Shown here: piece after piece, positions 42,531 to 56,497 of the stretch
How the letters are laid out: each line of letters starts with the position of its first letter
Position numbering within the stretch: position 1 is the first letter of the stretch
Origin: Octopus vulgaris
Lineage: Eukaryota
Direction: 5' to 3'
Assembly (NCBI GenBank): GCA_951406725.2
Contig: OX597826.1
Span: forward strand, 70,618,001 to 70,682,000
DNA length: 64,000 nt
Notes under the pieces: model-generated
The model's input: only the letters and a program-made list of their open reading frames with translations
What the model was told of the DNA's origin: nothing
Database searches by the model: none
Translations under genes and position numbers: made by a program

Positions 42531-43029
42531 GAGAGATTTTCTTATTTTCTTATTTCCTTCCTTTCCTCCCCATCCTCCCCTTCCTCCCCATCCTCCTCTT
42601 CCTCCCCATACTCCTCTTTTCTCTTCGACTCCTCTCCTCCGATGTTTTCTTGAAGTGGCCACCCCTACTCGGTCTTTTCCCAGTTGTTCTTCCTCCCTTA
42701 GCTCCCCTTCCCCCTCAACTCCCATTACTTCAAGATATAACTTTTATAATTTAATATATTTTTATACATCAATAGCTTTATACTTCAAAATTGTCCTTTC
42801 TACCCATAAATTATGTTTATATATTTATGTATCCGTAAATTTTTAATGCGTTTTAACATTCTAATGAGAGATACATTAAATATATTTCAATAATTTGCAT
42901 ATATCGGTTTATGGCTGAGGGTTGTTGAACCTACTTGAATTCTTCTCTTAAATATAATATATATATCTAATGTCTCGGGTTCTCTACCTGAGCACTTCAC
43001 GATGCTGCTTGTATAATAAACAAAAATAT

Positions 43030-43460
43030 TACTATATGTGTGTGTGTGCGTGTGTATGTTTTTTATGTATGTGTGTGTATGTATGTGTATGTATGTGTGT
43101 GCGAGTAGGTATGTATGCATGTGTGTATGTATGAATGTGTGTATGTATGTGTATGTACGTATGTGTGTGTATGTATGTATGTATTTGTGTGTGTATGTAT
43201 ATGTCTGCATATGTGTATGTGTGTATGTATGTATGTATATTTGTGTGTGTATTTATGCATGTATATATATTTGTGTGTGCTTGTCTCCTACTACCGCTTG
43301 ACAAACGGTGTTGGTATGTTTACGTCCTCAAAACCGACCGACGGAATAAGTATCAGGCTTAAACAAAAAAGTACTGGGGTCGATTCATTCGACTAAAAAT
43401 TCTTCAAGGTTGTGCCCCAGCATGGCCACAATCTAATGACTAAAACAAGTAAAAGATAAC
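43030..43460 (+). mobile_element. (TG/TATG)n tract running into a diverged family B tail
   Basis: CGCTTGACAA...GTACTGGGGTCGATTCATTCGACTAAA...CAGCATGGCC. Confidence 0.7.
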
Positions 43461-43548
43461 AGAAGAGATACATACAAGGAGTTCGGGTCAAATTGAACTT
43501 TGCATAAAAGGAAAAGAAAATTTTTAAAGAATATAAAATTATCAAATA

Positions 43549-44060
43549 CCGTAAATCCTCGAGTATAGTCCGCCCTTGAATATAATACGCAGGGGATTTT
43601 TAGGGGGCTGTACCTCTGAAAAACCTAAACCTTGTGTATAATACACGCCCCCTTCTCTAACTTGAGTCAAGGACGTCTATATAACGTCCTTGGTTTGTAA
43701 AACTGTATACGGTAACGTCCTTTATTATTATTGTATATATAACATAATGCAGACGTGTAGCTTTTTTGTGCATTTTGTTTGCAGAAAATAAAGAAATAAC
43801 AGTAATAACGTTTAATAAATGTTGCTTACTGCAAGTTATGGATGATTATTTTATGACTTCCTTGCTTTCAGGTTTAGCTTAAGGTATTTTTGCGCCCGAC
43901 ATCACAAAATGCATCTGAATAAACATTGCCGGACAGCGAATAGAGACTCGGACATTGCTTAGAAAATATTTTTCATTTTTAATCTCGTGTTTAATACGCA
44001 CTAGGGATTTTGACCTTTAAATTTTTGGGGAAAATGCGGATTATACTCGAGGATTTACGG
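43549..44060. mobile_element. 512-bp MITE, inverted copy of 9617-10129
   Basis: Perfect 19-bp TIR CCGTAAATCCTCGAGTATA with TA flanks. Confidence 0.9.
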
Positions 44061-44074
44061 TAGATTATGGCTGG

Positions 44075-45180
44075 GAGATAGCTATTTATTCAGACTAACC
44101 ACCCTCAGCTTCCACACGGCCTCAGACGGCTGCAGAATGTGGCGCATGCGCTCCTTACTGTGCCCCATGGAAAATTTTCGAAAGCCTCCTTGATCTTTGC
44201 CACCAGTTCGGTCTTGGTGTTGCAGGCGGTGCTGTTGGTGTCGTCTTTTTCAACCGCACCTCACACGTAGTAAATCCATAGGATTACAATCGGGGTGGAG
44301 GATTATGAGGTCAGAAAATCCTGATTGATGAAGTCGTCGGAATAATCCGACAGGTATTTCTAACTCTTTTCGGAGGTATGGCAAGCATCCGGATCCTACT
44401 GTCACAGATATACGGTCTTCCAGCAGCAGCTCTCCCCAGGAGTGGTTCGATCACAGCTTCACATAATCGTCTGGACTGAGTCTATGGCCTTGCTCAAGAA
44501 TAGTAAATTTCGGCGTGTGGACGCAGACAGGACGTCTACTGTGTCCCTTCTTGCAGACCACGGCTTCGTAGTCTCCGTTGCAGCTGTCCATGCCATGTCT
44601 TACAGCCTTCACGGTGTTCACAGGGTATTGAGCAGCAGTCATGGTGGAGGCGTAATGGCCCAGTAGTTAGGGCAGCGGACTCGCGGTCGGAGGATCGCGG
44701 TTTCGATTCCCAGACCGGGCGTTGTGTGTGTTTATTGAGCGAAAACACCTAAGGCTCCACGAGGATCCAGCAGGGGATGGTGGTGACCCATGTTGTACTC
44801 TTTCGCTCCAACTTTCACTCTTTCTTCCTGTTTCTTGTCCCCGACTTCCTACGTAACCGCTGAGCCTGGATGCGCATTCATCTATCCGTCGATGTTCTCG
44901 GTGTCGGGGGTTGACCTGCTTTCTCTTCTGCGGGTCTTACGAAAAGCAAAGGACCAAGTTTCGACCTTCTCCCACTGGGACGAAGACCGCTTCGCTCAAC
45001 AAACAAACAAACAAACAAAGCAGCAGTCATGATGTCGGCGTTTTGATACCGAAAGCAAATCATCATGATACAGCTAACTCTTTTCCCAATATTCAGATAG
45101 CTTCCAGTCCTCAACGACAACTTCAATATTTATGCTCTCCAACGCCGTTGACAGTTCTCCAATGCATCAATCTATTCCTG
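44075..45180 (-). mobile_element. Decayed, internally deleted Tc1/mariner transposase (probably DD37D/maT-like), interrupted by a SINE
   Basis: Minus frames give GRPY..Q.D..ACHTS, PDCNPMD and DTNSTACNTKTELVAKIKEAFE. The N-terminal ADIMTAAQYPVNTVKAVRH reads through once the SINE and one TSD copy are removed. Confidence 0.75.
44644..45018 (+). mobile_element. SINE family C, tail type 3 ending in (CAAA)n
   Basis: 13-bp TSD AGCAGCAGTCATG at 44631-44643 and 45019-45031. Confidence 0.9.
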
Positions 45181-45196
45181 AAAAAAAAAAGACAAG

Positions 45197-45605
45197 AGGC
45201 ATAGGAGTGACTGTGTGGTAAGTAGCTTGCTTACCAACCACATGGTCCCGGGTTCTGTCCCACTGCATGACACCTTGGACAAGTGTCTTCTACTATAGCC
45301 TCGGGCCAATCAAAGCCTTGTGAGTGGATTTGGTAGACGGAAACTGAAAGAAGCCCGTCGTATATATGCATGTGTGTGTATATGTTTGTGTGTCCGTGTT
45401 TGTCTCCCAACATCGCTTGGCAACCGATGCTGGTGTGTCTAGGTACCCGTAACTTGGTGGTTCGGCAAAAAGAGACCGATAGAATAAGTACTAGGCTTAT
45501 AAAGAATAAGTCCTGGGGTCGATTTGCTCGACTAAAGGCGGTGCTCCAGCACGGCCACAGTCAAATGACTGAAACAAGTAAAAGAGTAAAAGAGAGTAAA
45601 GAGAG
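45197..45605 (+). mobile_element. SINE family B, full length with a short internal microsatellite
   Basis: Matches family B. Confidence 0.9.
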
Positions 45606-45610
45606 CATCT

Positions 45611-45894
45611 TGTAACGTGGAGATGCTGAGTGCGTTGCGGTGATACGTGGGGGAGGATGCAGTCTATGAACAACGTGGTGATGTTGACTACGTATATAAA
45701 ACGTGGAGTTGTTCGGTGTATTGAGACGGCCATGATGTTGACTGCAAACAAAATGACATTGCTGACGTCATAGACAGACTTTTCTAGATGTTGACTGAAT
45801 AGACACAGAGCAAATAACATCAACGAGACGAACATCTCAATAGACTTTTTTTATTATTATTCCGCTTCCGTTCCGGTCAATAGTAAATGTTGCA
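45611..45894 (+). mobile_element. Possible LTR remnant
   Basis: TGTAAC...GTTGCA termini, an internal TATATAAAA, and TGGTG immediately downstream; no TSD and no second copy. Confidence 0.3.
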
Positions 45895-46068
45895 TGGTGT
45901 TCGCTCTTTAAGAAATTAATATAACATTTATTCAATATCTTTAATTTCTTTGAAACTTAGTGGAATGCAAAGAACAGAATATAGGGCGAGAGAATATCAA
46001 ATACTACATCAAATTCTTGTGTGCAGTTATTAAAACTATTGCCATAGATATTTATGCTGCTGTTGCTG

Positions 46069-46069
<1 letters not shown>

Positions 46070-46124
<55 letters not shown>

Positions 46125-46128
46125 GCTA

Positions 46129-46195
<67 letters not shown>

Positions 46196-46240
46196 CGCTA
46201 CGGCTGCTGCTGCTATTACTACTATTACTACTACTACTAT

Positions 46241-46294
<54 letters not shown>

Positions 46295-46327
46295 CACCAC
46301 CACCACCACCACCACCACCACTACCCA

Positions 46328-46380
<53 letters not shown>
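46070..46380. repeat. (ACT/GCT/ACC)n microsatellite
   Basis: Direct reading. Confidence 0.95.
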
Positions 46381-46959
46381 ATGTTATGCTATTCTTTATA
46401 GTAACCAATATTTAAAAAAAATACTTGAAGCAGAACGATGACAGAAACACCAGTTTTTGACAGCAATTAATTAATTATAAAATATTTGCCTAAATCGTTA
46501 CTCTTTCTTCTTCTAATGTCTTCTTCAAATACTCGTCTCTGCTTTTCTTTATTTCTTCCTTCTTCTTTTTTTTATTTTTGTCAGGAACAGATCATATAAT
46601 ATATCACAATCACATTCATTTATTAGTAAACAAAATGTCTGCCATAGTTTATTAAGTCCAACTGATACATCCGATTTTCAATCATTCTTTCCGGTTTGTG
46701 CTGGAGGATATTGTATGGTTCGCTAATAAAACAATACTTCACCTACACCTAACGTTTAGATGAATAACATATAATTCTATGTAAACTGCTGGAGATTTTA
46801 AGTGATTCATCAACAGTCTGTCTCATTACATTAATTTTATTTACAGGATTAAGTCGAATGTAGTTACCACCTGGCGGTGGAGACAATTAGACGCAGTTTC
46901 AGCTCCAGGTTGTAACATTTTCAGTTGTGTATGAATATGTGGACATGAGTAAGGGCGTC

Positions 46960-47450
46960 TAGCAAGCAGAAACGTTATCATGCCGGGCGAAATGCTTAGC
47001 AGTATTTCGTCTGCCGCAACGTTCTGAGTTCAAATTCCGCCGAGGTCGACTTTGCCTTACATCTTTTCGGGGTTGATTAAATAAGTACCAGTTACGCACT
47101 GGGGTCGATGTAATCGACTTAATTCGTTTGTCTGTCCTTGTTTGTCCCTTCTGTGTTTAGCCCCTTGTGTGTAGTAAAGAAATAGGTATTTCGTCTGCCG
47201 TTACGTTCTGATTTCAAATTCCGCCGTGGTCGACTTTGCTTTACATCCTTTCGCGGTCGATAAAATAAGTATCAGTTACGCATTGGGGTCGACATAATCG
47301 ACTTAATCCGTTTGCTTGTCCTTGTTTGTCTTCTCTGTGTTTAGCTCCTTGTGGATAGTAAAGAAATATGTATTTCTTACGTACTGAGATCAAATTCCGC
47401 TGAGGTCGATTTTGCCTCCGTTCAGGATCGAAAAAATAAGTATCAGCTGT
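46960..47450 (+). mobile_element. Multimeric SINE family A (2 units plus a partial third)
   Basis: Same GAAATAG|GTATTTC junction as 40748-41168. Confidence 0.88.
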
Positions 47451-47454
47451 TAGT

Positions 47455-48340
47455 TATTGTATTGGCAAGAAAGTAATTTCGTTTTTTTAGTGTGGAATAA
47501 AAGTTGTTTTTTTTTTCCATACAAAGAATGAACTTCAATCAATGATATATTTTCCATTTTTTCGAAGACCTTTTGCCATCATGATAACTTCATGATTCTG
47601 AGCTCATAGAACCTCTGGTCCTTATCAGTCAAAAACTGAAGCAAGTGCAATTTCAGGTCATCATCATAATTGAAAGTTTTATCACTCAAAGAATTTTGCT
47701 AACTTCGAAATAAATGATAATCTGATGATGTAAGGTCAGGGCTCTATGGTGGATGTGTCATCACTTCCCAAGCTCTATGGTGGATGTGTCATCACTTCCC
47801 AAGCAAGCTTGAGAAGTGATGAGTTAGCAAATACATGTGGTCTAGCGTTGTCATGGTGGAACACGATTCCTTTACGATTTGCCAATTCTGACCGTTTTTC
47901 TTTGATTGCTTCCTCCAGTTTCATTAGTTGTTGACAGTAAACATCTGAATTGATCATCTGGTTACTTGAAAGCATCTCAAAATACGCAACACCTTCCTAA
48001 TCCCACCAAATTGACAACATGAACTTTTTTTGATGCAATTCAGCTTTCGATGTGGTTTATGCTAGTTCATTATGCTTGGACCACGATCGTTTTCGATTGA
48101 CGTTGTTGTAAACAATCCATTTTTCATCATCAGTGATGATTCGTTTAAAAAGAAAGTCGATTTCATTGCGTTTTTTACGAATATTGCAAATATTGATTCG
48201 TTGTTTTAAGTGAATCTCTTTTAATTTATGTGGAACCCAAATATCGAGCTTCTTAACGACTCCAAGACATTTTAAGTGATTTTGAATTGTGGCGTGTGAT
48301 ACATTTAATTTCTCTGCAGTCTCTCGTACAGTTATATAAC
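47455..48340 (-). mobile_element. Decayed mariner (DD34D) transposase
   Basis: Motifs RIITDDEKWIVYNN, IVFHHDNARPH and HPP*SPDLTSSDYHLF; a 31-bp tandem duplication lies at 47742-47803. Confidence 0.9.
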
Positions 48341-48609
48341 AAACATTGCTTGTGCTTTCATAATGTATTCATATTGCATACTTCTTCAAGGTGTGATTTT
48401 TTTTTATCGATTTGAGAATGTATCTTCTTGAATTTGCTAGTTTGTTTGATATAACCAGCGGATACATAGTTTGCACCTTTTATCAAACTGGAATCAATAA
48501 AATAAATACTAATAAATACTAGTAGACTATTGGGTGTCAGTGTAAACCAATCTACTAATTCTACTGATCCCAGGTCATATTTTTATCTTAAAAATCAACG
48601 ATGTCGAGA

Positions 48610-49580
48610 TCAAATTTTGGCACAAGGCTATCATTTCCGGGCAGAAGGAAAGTCGGTTACATTAACTCCAGTGCTCACTTGGTACCTCTTTTATCGACCT
48701 CGAAAGGATTAGAGACAAAGTTGACCTCGGGAAAATTAGAACTTAGAACGTAAAGTCTGACAAAATACTGCTAAGCATTTTTCCTAGCGTGTTAACCATT
48801 CTGCTAGCTCACTGTCTTAATGTTGAAGAATACTGGTTTCAAATTTTGGTACAAGTCCAGCAAGTTCGTGAGAGGGGATAAGTCGATAACATCGAACCCA
48901 GTGCGTTGTTTGTTCCTTCTCGAACCACGCCTGGTTCATCAGGGCCAATATCCCGGTTTCCTTGGCATATAGGTTCCCCACCTTGACGGGACGCCGGTCC
49001 GTCGCAAGTGATCTTCAAGATGCAGGAGGAAAGAGTGAGAGAAAGTTGAGGCGAAAGAGTCAGCAGAAGTTCGCCATTACCTTCTGCCGGAGCCGCGTGG
49101 AGCTTAGGTGTTTCGCTCATAAACACACACATCGCCCAGTCTGAGATTCGAACTAACGATCCCTCGACCGTGAGTCCGCTGCTCTAACCACTAGGCCATG
49201 TGCTTCTACGAAATCAGTGCGTAACTGGTACTAATTTTAGCGACCCCGAAAGGATGAAAAGCAAATTCGACCACGGCAGCATTTGAGCTCAGAATGTAAA
49301 GTCGGACGAAATACCTATTTCTTTACTACCCACAAGGGGCTAAACACAGAGGGGACAAACAAGGACAGAGAAACGGGATTAAGTCGATTACATCGACTCC
49401 AGTGCGTAACTGGTACTTATTTAATCGACCCCGAAAGGATGAAAGGCAAAGTCGACCTCGGTGGAATTTGAACTCAGAACGTAGCGGCAGACGAAATACT
49501 TATTTCTTTACTACCCACAAGGGGCTAAACACAGAGAGGACAAACAAGGACAGACACACGATTCTGCCAGCTCGCTGCCT
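48610..49580 (-). mobile_element. Family A SINE cluster and multimer interrupted by a family C copy
   Basis: Repeated family A units; junctions read GACGAAATAC(C/T)TATTTCTTT. Confidence 0.8.
48907..49210 (-). mobile_element. SINE family C, tail type 4 (resembles the family D tail)
   Basis: C-type head and body; CAGTGCGT is repeated at 48899-48906 and 49215-49222 as a probable TSD. Confidence 0.75.
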
Positions 49581-50109
49581 TAAAGTTGAAGAATGTTGAC
49601 GTTGATAATAATAAGTGCTGACTTTGACACGAGTGTATGACTGATACTTATTTTAGAGAGAGCAGAGTAGAACTGGTGAGAGCGATGTTACCGTAGTGGT
49701 AGTGGTAGGAGCGGCAGTGGCGGTATTAGCGGTGGTGGTCGTCTCGGGTTGGTAACGGCTGGTCTATAGCAACGTCTTACATCACCATTAACGTCAGAAA
49801 AGGTATGGAGACGATGGTGGTGATGGTGGTTAACATGATGAGGATCAGCATCTGCAGCTACGCAGCAACGTATCCCAGAAACACCCTACCCCCCACACAC
49901 ATAAATATACATTAAGATTCAAGTGAATAAGGCACTTTAATGGCATGGCAAGGGGTTGGGGCAGAATTAAAATGCATGCACAGCAATTATAGACGAATAC
50001 AAAACATTGGTACCGAAGTACGGGCAGAAAGACATTCCGGTTACTCTTTACTTGTTTCAGTCAATAAACTCGACGCTCTAACCACTGAGCCATGCGCCTT
50101 CACTAGCTT

Positions 50110-50663
<554 letters not shown>

Positions 50664-50979
50664 TTAGCAAGTGGGATCCAGAGGTTTTCGGTATAGAAAA
50701 CGCTATGTAGCGCTGAAATGATTCGAATTTAGACTCCGATTTACATAAAAAGAAAACCAAGTTGTGATATTTATTTTGTTTAATCTCCATAACTTCTTCC
50801 CCTCCACCAACCCCCCACACACATACAGAACAACAAGTGCAAAACATTATGTCATGTTGCAAAACAAAACCGCTGCCACTTCTTTCCCTGTTACCATAAC
50901 TTCTATTACATCTACCACCCCCGTTTCTGCCACAACCCCCGCAGTCACCAATCCTACCACCTCCATGAACATCACCCAA

Positions 50980-51552
50980 ACCACCACCATCAACATCATC
51001 GCCATCGCCATCGCCATCGCCATCGCCATAATCTCTACTATATCAACAGCCACAATAATCGCTCCTTGCACCGCTACCATCATAATCATCAGCACCAGCA
51101 CCACCAGCACCAAAGCCGCCGCCGCCGCCGCGACCACCACCACCACCACCATCCACCACCATCACTATCACCACCAGCACCAGCACCACCAACCACCAAA
51201 ACCACCACCACCAGCACCACAACCACCAGCACCAGCACCATAACCACCACCACCACCACCACCACCACCACCACCACCACCACCACCACCACCACCACCA
51301 CCACCACCACCACCACCAGCACCACCACAACCACCAGCACCAGCACCATAACCACCACCACCACCACCACCACCACCACCACCACCACCAACACCATCCA
51401 CCACCACCACTATCACCACCAGCACCACCACCACCACCAAAACCATCACCACCACCACCAACCACCACCACCACCACCACCACCACCACCACCACCACCA
51501 CCACCACCACCACCACCACCACCACTACCACCACCACCACTGCCGCCACCAC
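50980..51552. repeat. (ACC)n-rich microsatellite
   Basis: Direct reading. Confidence 0.95.
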
Positions 51553-51935
51553 GAGCATCCGTTTGACGTCAACCATCCCAGATCCTGTTCATCTGACAAT
51601 AGCTAAATATAGAAACGAAGAAATCCCATCTCCAATTGCTAAGATATTACGGATTTCTCCGCACCTGTCAATGGTTGCTATTGGCAACAATGGTAGTTCC
51701 AACTGTTGATGTCACTGCTTCGATTTCTGCTCTTACTACTGCTGCTGCTGTTGGTGCACTTGCTGCAGTCGCTGGTGCCGCTGCTGTTATTATTGCCATT
51801 ACTGTCAGTGCTGCTGGTTGTGGTGTTACTGTTGTTGCAGATATTTCTCTTATTGCTAATCAGCATTAAGTAGTGTCCCATACTTGATGTGTACGTGTGT
51901 GTGTATGTGTGTGTTTGTGTTTGTGTGAATATATA

Positions 51936-52146
51936 CAGGGAGGTCCCAGAAGCTGCGCACTACACTGGCTTTTTAAAAGAATACACCCGTATTGATTTCA
52001 AAAACACTTTATTAAAATTAATCATAACATATGATCAAATTGAGCACCCTTTACAATAAAACATACAGAAAAATATATAATAAAATAAAATGCTTTAATT
52101 ATTTTTAATGAAAACCAGAATGGTGCGTGACTTCTGGGACAACCTG
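51936..52146. mobile_element. About 210-bp Tc1/mariner-type MITE
   Basis: Imperfect TIRs CAGGGAGGTCCCAGAAG..GCGCAC and GTGCGTGACTTCTGGGACAACCTG with TA flanks. Confidence 0.7.
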
Positions 52147-52159
52147 TATATATATATAT

Positions 52160-52378
52160 ACTCTTTTACTCTTTTACTTGTTTCAGTCATGTGACTGTGG
52201 CCATGCTGGAGCACCGCCTTTAGTCGAAGAAATCGACCCCAGGATTTATTCTTTGTAAGCCTAGTACTTAATCTATCGGGCTCTTTTTGCCGAACCGCTA
52301 AGTTACAGGGACGTAAACACACCACCATCGGTTGTCAAGCGATGTTGGGGGGGGGGGGACAAACACAGACACACACAA

Positions 52379-52425
<47 letters not shown>

Positions 52426-52560
52426 CATATATACGACAGGCTTCTTTCAGTTTCCGTCTACCAAATCCACTCAGAAGGCTTTGGTCGTCCCGAGGCTATA
52501 GTAGAAGATACTTGCCCAAGGTGCTACGCAGTGGGACTGAACCCGGAACCATGTGGTTGG
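52160..52560 (-). mobile_element. SINE family B
   Basis: Matches family B. Confidence 0.9.
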
Positions 52561-52644
52561 TATTCACACAAACACAAACATATATATATTCACACAAACA
52601 CATATACACACACATACACGCAAACACACATCACATATGTTCTT

Positions 52645-52701
<57 letters not shown>

Positions 52702-52736
52702 TACATTTATATATGTATATATGTACATATATATAT

Positions 52737-52767
<31 letters not shown>

Positions 52768-52774
52768 CATATAC

Positions 52775-52883
<109 letters not shown>

Positions 52884-53881
52884 ATCTCATAAATCATATT
52901 ATCATGGCGTCTTGATTTATTGCAACATTAGTATGAATATCGTTCTGTGCATTGTTTTATAGCTGTACAAGTGCAGGCGTCGCTTGCAAATGTTAATCGT
53001 TCCCTAACCTCTCACAAAGACAATCATATATATTTATACTTCTGTGCAAAATATTACATATAAGTGTCTGCCTGAATGTAAAGATGTGCCAATCTTTGTA
53101 TATTAATTCCATAAATACTGGGACAGAGAGGTCGAATCAATATAATCATAGGATCCCAAGGAGTGAGTATGTAGCGTGTTTCTGCTTTTAAATGAATTAG
53201 CTGTTAGACCTATATAATTGTAGAGACTTCCCCTCAAACACTTGCAAGTCTGTATCATTATGTGACCCGGCCTCCAGCATTTTCAACTGAACATCTGATC
53301 ACAGGAGTTTTATGAAAAGCACCAAGAATAGCGATTGTATTCTGAAGAGTTTGTATACAGTTGTATATCTACTTCATAATTGCCCTCTAAAGTTTAGTGT
53401 GTCTCAGAGAAATTTTAAATGTATCCTGGCTTTAAGAGACAACACATAATGTCAATGACAGAATACAAGCCTTCATCATTCTTTTCTTTCGGTCGTAGAA
53501 CAGATTCCTTATAATGCAAAGAAAAGAAAACTCTTGCGTGTGTGCCACATTTGATAAGCAAACCACATAAAGCACACGAAGCACATGTGGTACATGATTC
53601 ATTCATGGAGCACGATTGACATGTAGCACATGTTCCACATTCGACTCCTTAGTATTTAATACGTTGCTCGCTGAAACACTGGTTAAATTGCTGAGCTAAT
53701 TTGTGTGGTAGAAAATTGATAAATGTCTTGTGTGGAGTTCAAATTCCTCCAGGAATTTGCTTTTAGTCCACTGCGTCGATAAAATACTTTCCAGAGAAAT
53801 ACATTAGGCCTTTATATTTTGTGACATGTAAGAAAGGAATTTAACTATGCTAGGCAAAGAGACTATTTACATATTTTATGT

Positions 53882-54144
53882 GAATAAAAAAATAAATGCG
53901 CCCTTTTAAAGCCTAGCCAGGATCATGGGCCCGGTTTCCCGGTTTCAATGGCGTATGTGTTCCCCAGCTGGATGGGACCCCAGTCCATCACAGCGTTACT
54001 CATTTTTGCCAGCTGAGTGGACTTGAGTAACGTGAAATGAAATGTTTTGCTCAAGAATACAACGCGTCATCCGGTCAAGGAATCGAAACCACCATCTTAC
54101 GATCATGATGCTGACACCCTAACCACTAAGCCACGCGCCTCCAC
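53882..54144 (-). mobile_element. SINE family D (tRNA-derived)
   Basis: A box TGGCTTAGTGG, B box GTTTCGATTCC and a 13-bp TSD ACATATTTTATGT (53869-53881 and 54145-54157). Confidence 0.85.
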
Positions 54145-54962
54145 ACATATTTTATGTATTTTGTATTTATTCACAAGTGTGATATTTATCAGGATATAAT
54201 CAGGTATAATTATTTATTAGATATAAATTGGGCGATATAATTAATTGTCAGATAAAATCTGATATAATTATTTATCGAATTTAATATAAGTGATATTATT
54301 TATTTGATAAAACCGTCATCATTTATGAGGTATAAAATGATTAATAAAAATATTTATTAGATATAATTTAAGCGGTATACACACTGATTAGTCATAACCT
54401 GGCTGTATAATTATTTCGTAGACTTTAAATTACTGATGGGTCAAAAGTGTTTCGTTTCGTCGTTGTAATGTACTATAGAATATTTTAGATTTATTCACTA
54501 GAACTCCGAGTTATGACAATTGTAACCAATATGTCTTATACAATATGTTCATAAACAAAAGAGAGAGAGTTACAGCTGTATGCACTTTTCGATTCAGGCT
54601 GGAATGTCGTAGAAGGATTCCAACGAGTTTCGAAAAGTACGAACAGCTGGTTGTCCATCGGTATATTGTATAAGGCTTGTTTATAATCGTCTTAGCACAT
54701 ATTGTTGGCAAATAAATCTATAGATATTTTCTATAATACATTATAGCAATTATTTCTTAGATATAAAATCAGTGACGTAAATATTTATCAGATACTACTT
54801 ACGAAGTAGCATCTGTCAAGCACTTTGCACTAAAATACAATCTTCGAGCCAGCTGCTGCGAAAATTGCATTTTATTTATAGAGTAATCATGTGGCTGCTC
54901 GATCTGCTAGAAATAATTGCAACATCTCCCTCAAATGACGCCTGATCTTAGAAATAGGGAAC

Positions 54963-55230
54963 GACACATGAGGTACGGTAGTTCGAGATGCCCTCAAAAA
55001 GATCGCAAGGTCTCGATTGGAAAGCCATCGACACATGAGATACGTTAGTTCGGGATGCCCTCAAAAAGATCGCAAGGTCTCGATTGGAAAGCCATCGACA
55101 CATGAGATACGTTAGTTCGGGATGCCCTCAAAAAGATCGCAAGGTCTCGATTGGAAAGCCATCGACACATGAGATACGGTAGTTAGAGATGTCCTCAAAA
55201 AGATCGCAAGGTCACAGCTGGAAAGCCATG
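54963..55230 (+). repeat. Minisatellite, 4 x 67 bp
   Basis: Units start with GACACATGAG at 54963, 55030, 55097 and 55164. Confidence 0.95.
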
Positions 55231-55614
55231 GACCATGTCTACGCGGTCAAGCAATCAAAGCCCCAAAATCACTACCAACAACCACGTAACGTTCACCTCA
55301 CCTAACACCTTTCACCTTTTGTATCTCTCAAATAAGTGAACTTAGTAGCTCTTAAGTGGATGAAATTAGGTGACCCCTATTTATTCGCCCTTCCCATTCA
55401 GTTGAAACTCTCAGCGCAAATTTGAGAGACGCAGAAAATCTAATTATATTAATTCGTTTCTGAGTTGAATATGAATTATGAAACGAAACGTACGTACTGG
55501 TGTCGGTTTGTCCGATTGAACCCCTTGAAGCAGTGCTCCAGCATGGCCGCAGTCCAATTACTGGAACAAGCTTCAAATTAAAGATACTTGATTTCCTACA
55601 AAAAGAACTTGCTA

Positions 55615-55752
55615 TACTCTTTTACTTGTTTCACTCATTGTAAGCCTAGTACTTATTCTATCGGGCTCTTTTTGCCGAACCGCTAAGTGACGGGGACGTA
55701 AACACACCAGCATCGGTTGTCAAGCGATGTTGGAGGGACAAACACAGAAACA

Positions 55753-55830
<78 letters not shown>

Positions 55831-56008
55831 CATATACTTATATACGATGACTTCTTTCAGTTTCCGTCTACCAAATCCACTAACATGGCTTTGGTCAGCC
55901 CGAGGCTATAGTAGAAGACACTTGCCCAAGGTGTCACACAGTGGGACTGAACCCGGAACCATGTGGTTGGTAAGCAAGCTACTTACCACACAGCCACTCC
56001 GGCGCCTA
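55615..56008 (-). mobile_element. SINE family B with a deletion in the tail
   Basis: Matches family B. Confidence 0.88.
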
Positions 56009-56169
56009 TATAGTTAATTGTTGTGAGTTGGGAAGTAGAATATGAAGAAGATATTGCAAGTGAGAGTCGTCAATTATCCCAACAAGACTGATCGGCCATT
56101 ACATGAGATGACAGAGCAAATAGCGCAGCAAGAATCAACATCGAGACTGGCTTAGACTTGACGTCGGCA

Positions 56170-56171
56170 GG

Positions 56172-56265
<94 letters not shown>

Positions 56266-56410
56266 GCAAGCACGCGCGCGCAACACACACGAAGCTATTG
56301 AAGACGGAATTATGGTTGGCATTAGAATTAAGTGCAAAATAACTAAATAAACAAAACACCACCGACAACACCACCACCACAATGACTACAGCTCGTGATG
56401 TCAGTAGTAG

Positions 56411-56441
<31 letters not shown>

Positions 56442-56457
56442 GCCACTGCTGCTACTG

Positions 56458-56497
<40 letters not shown>

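Noticed and set aside
54963-55230. CRISPR-like array
   Set aside because: The units are contiguous with no unique spacers, there are no cas genes, and the context is eukaryotic.
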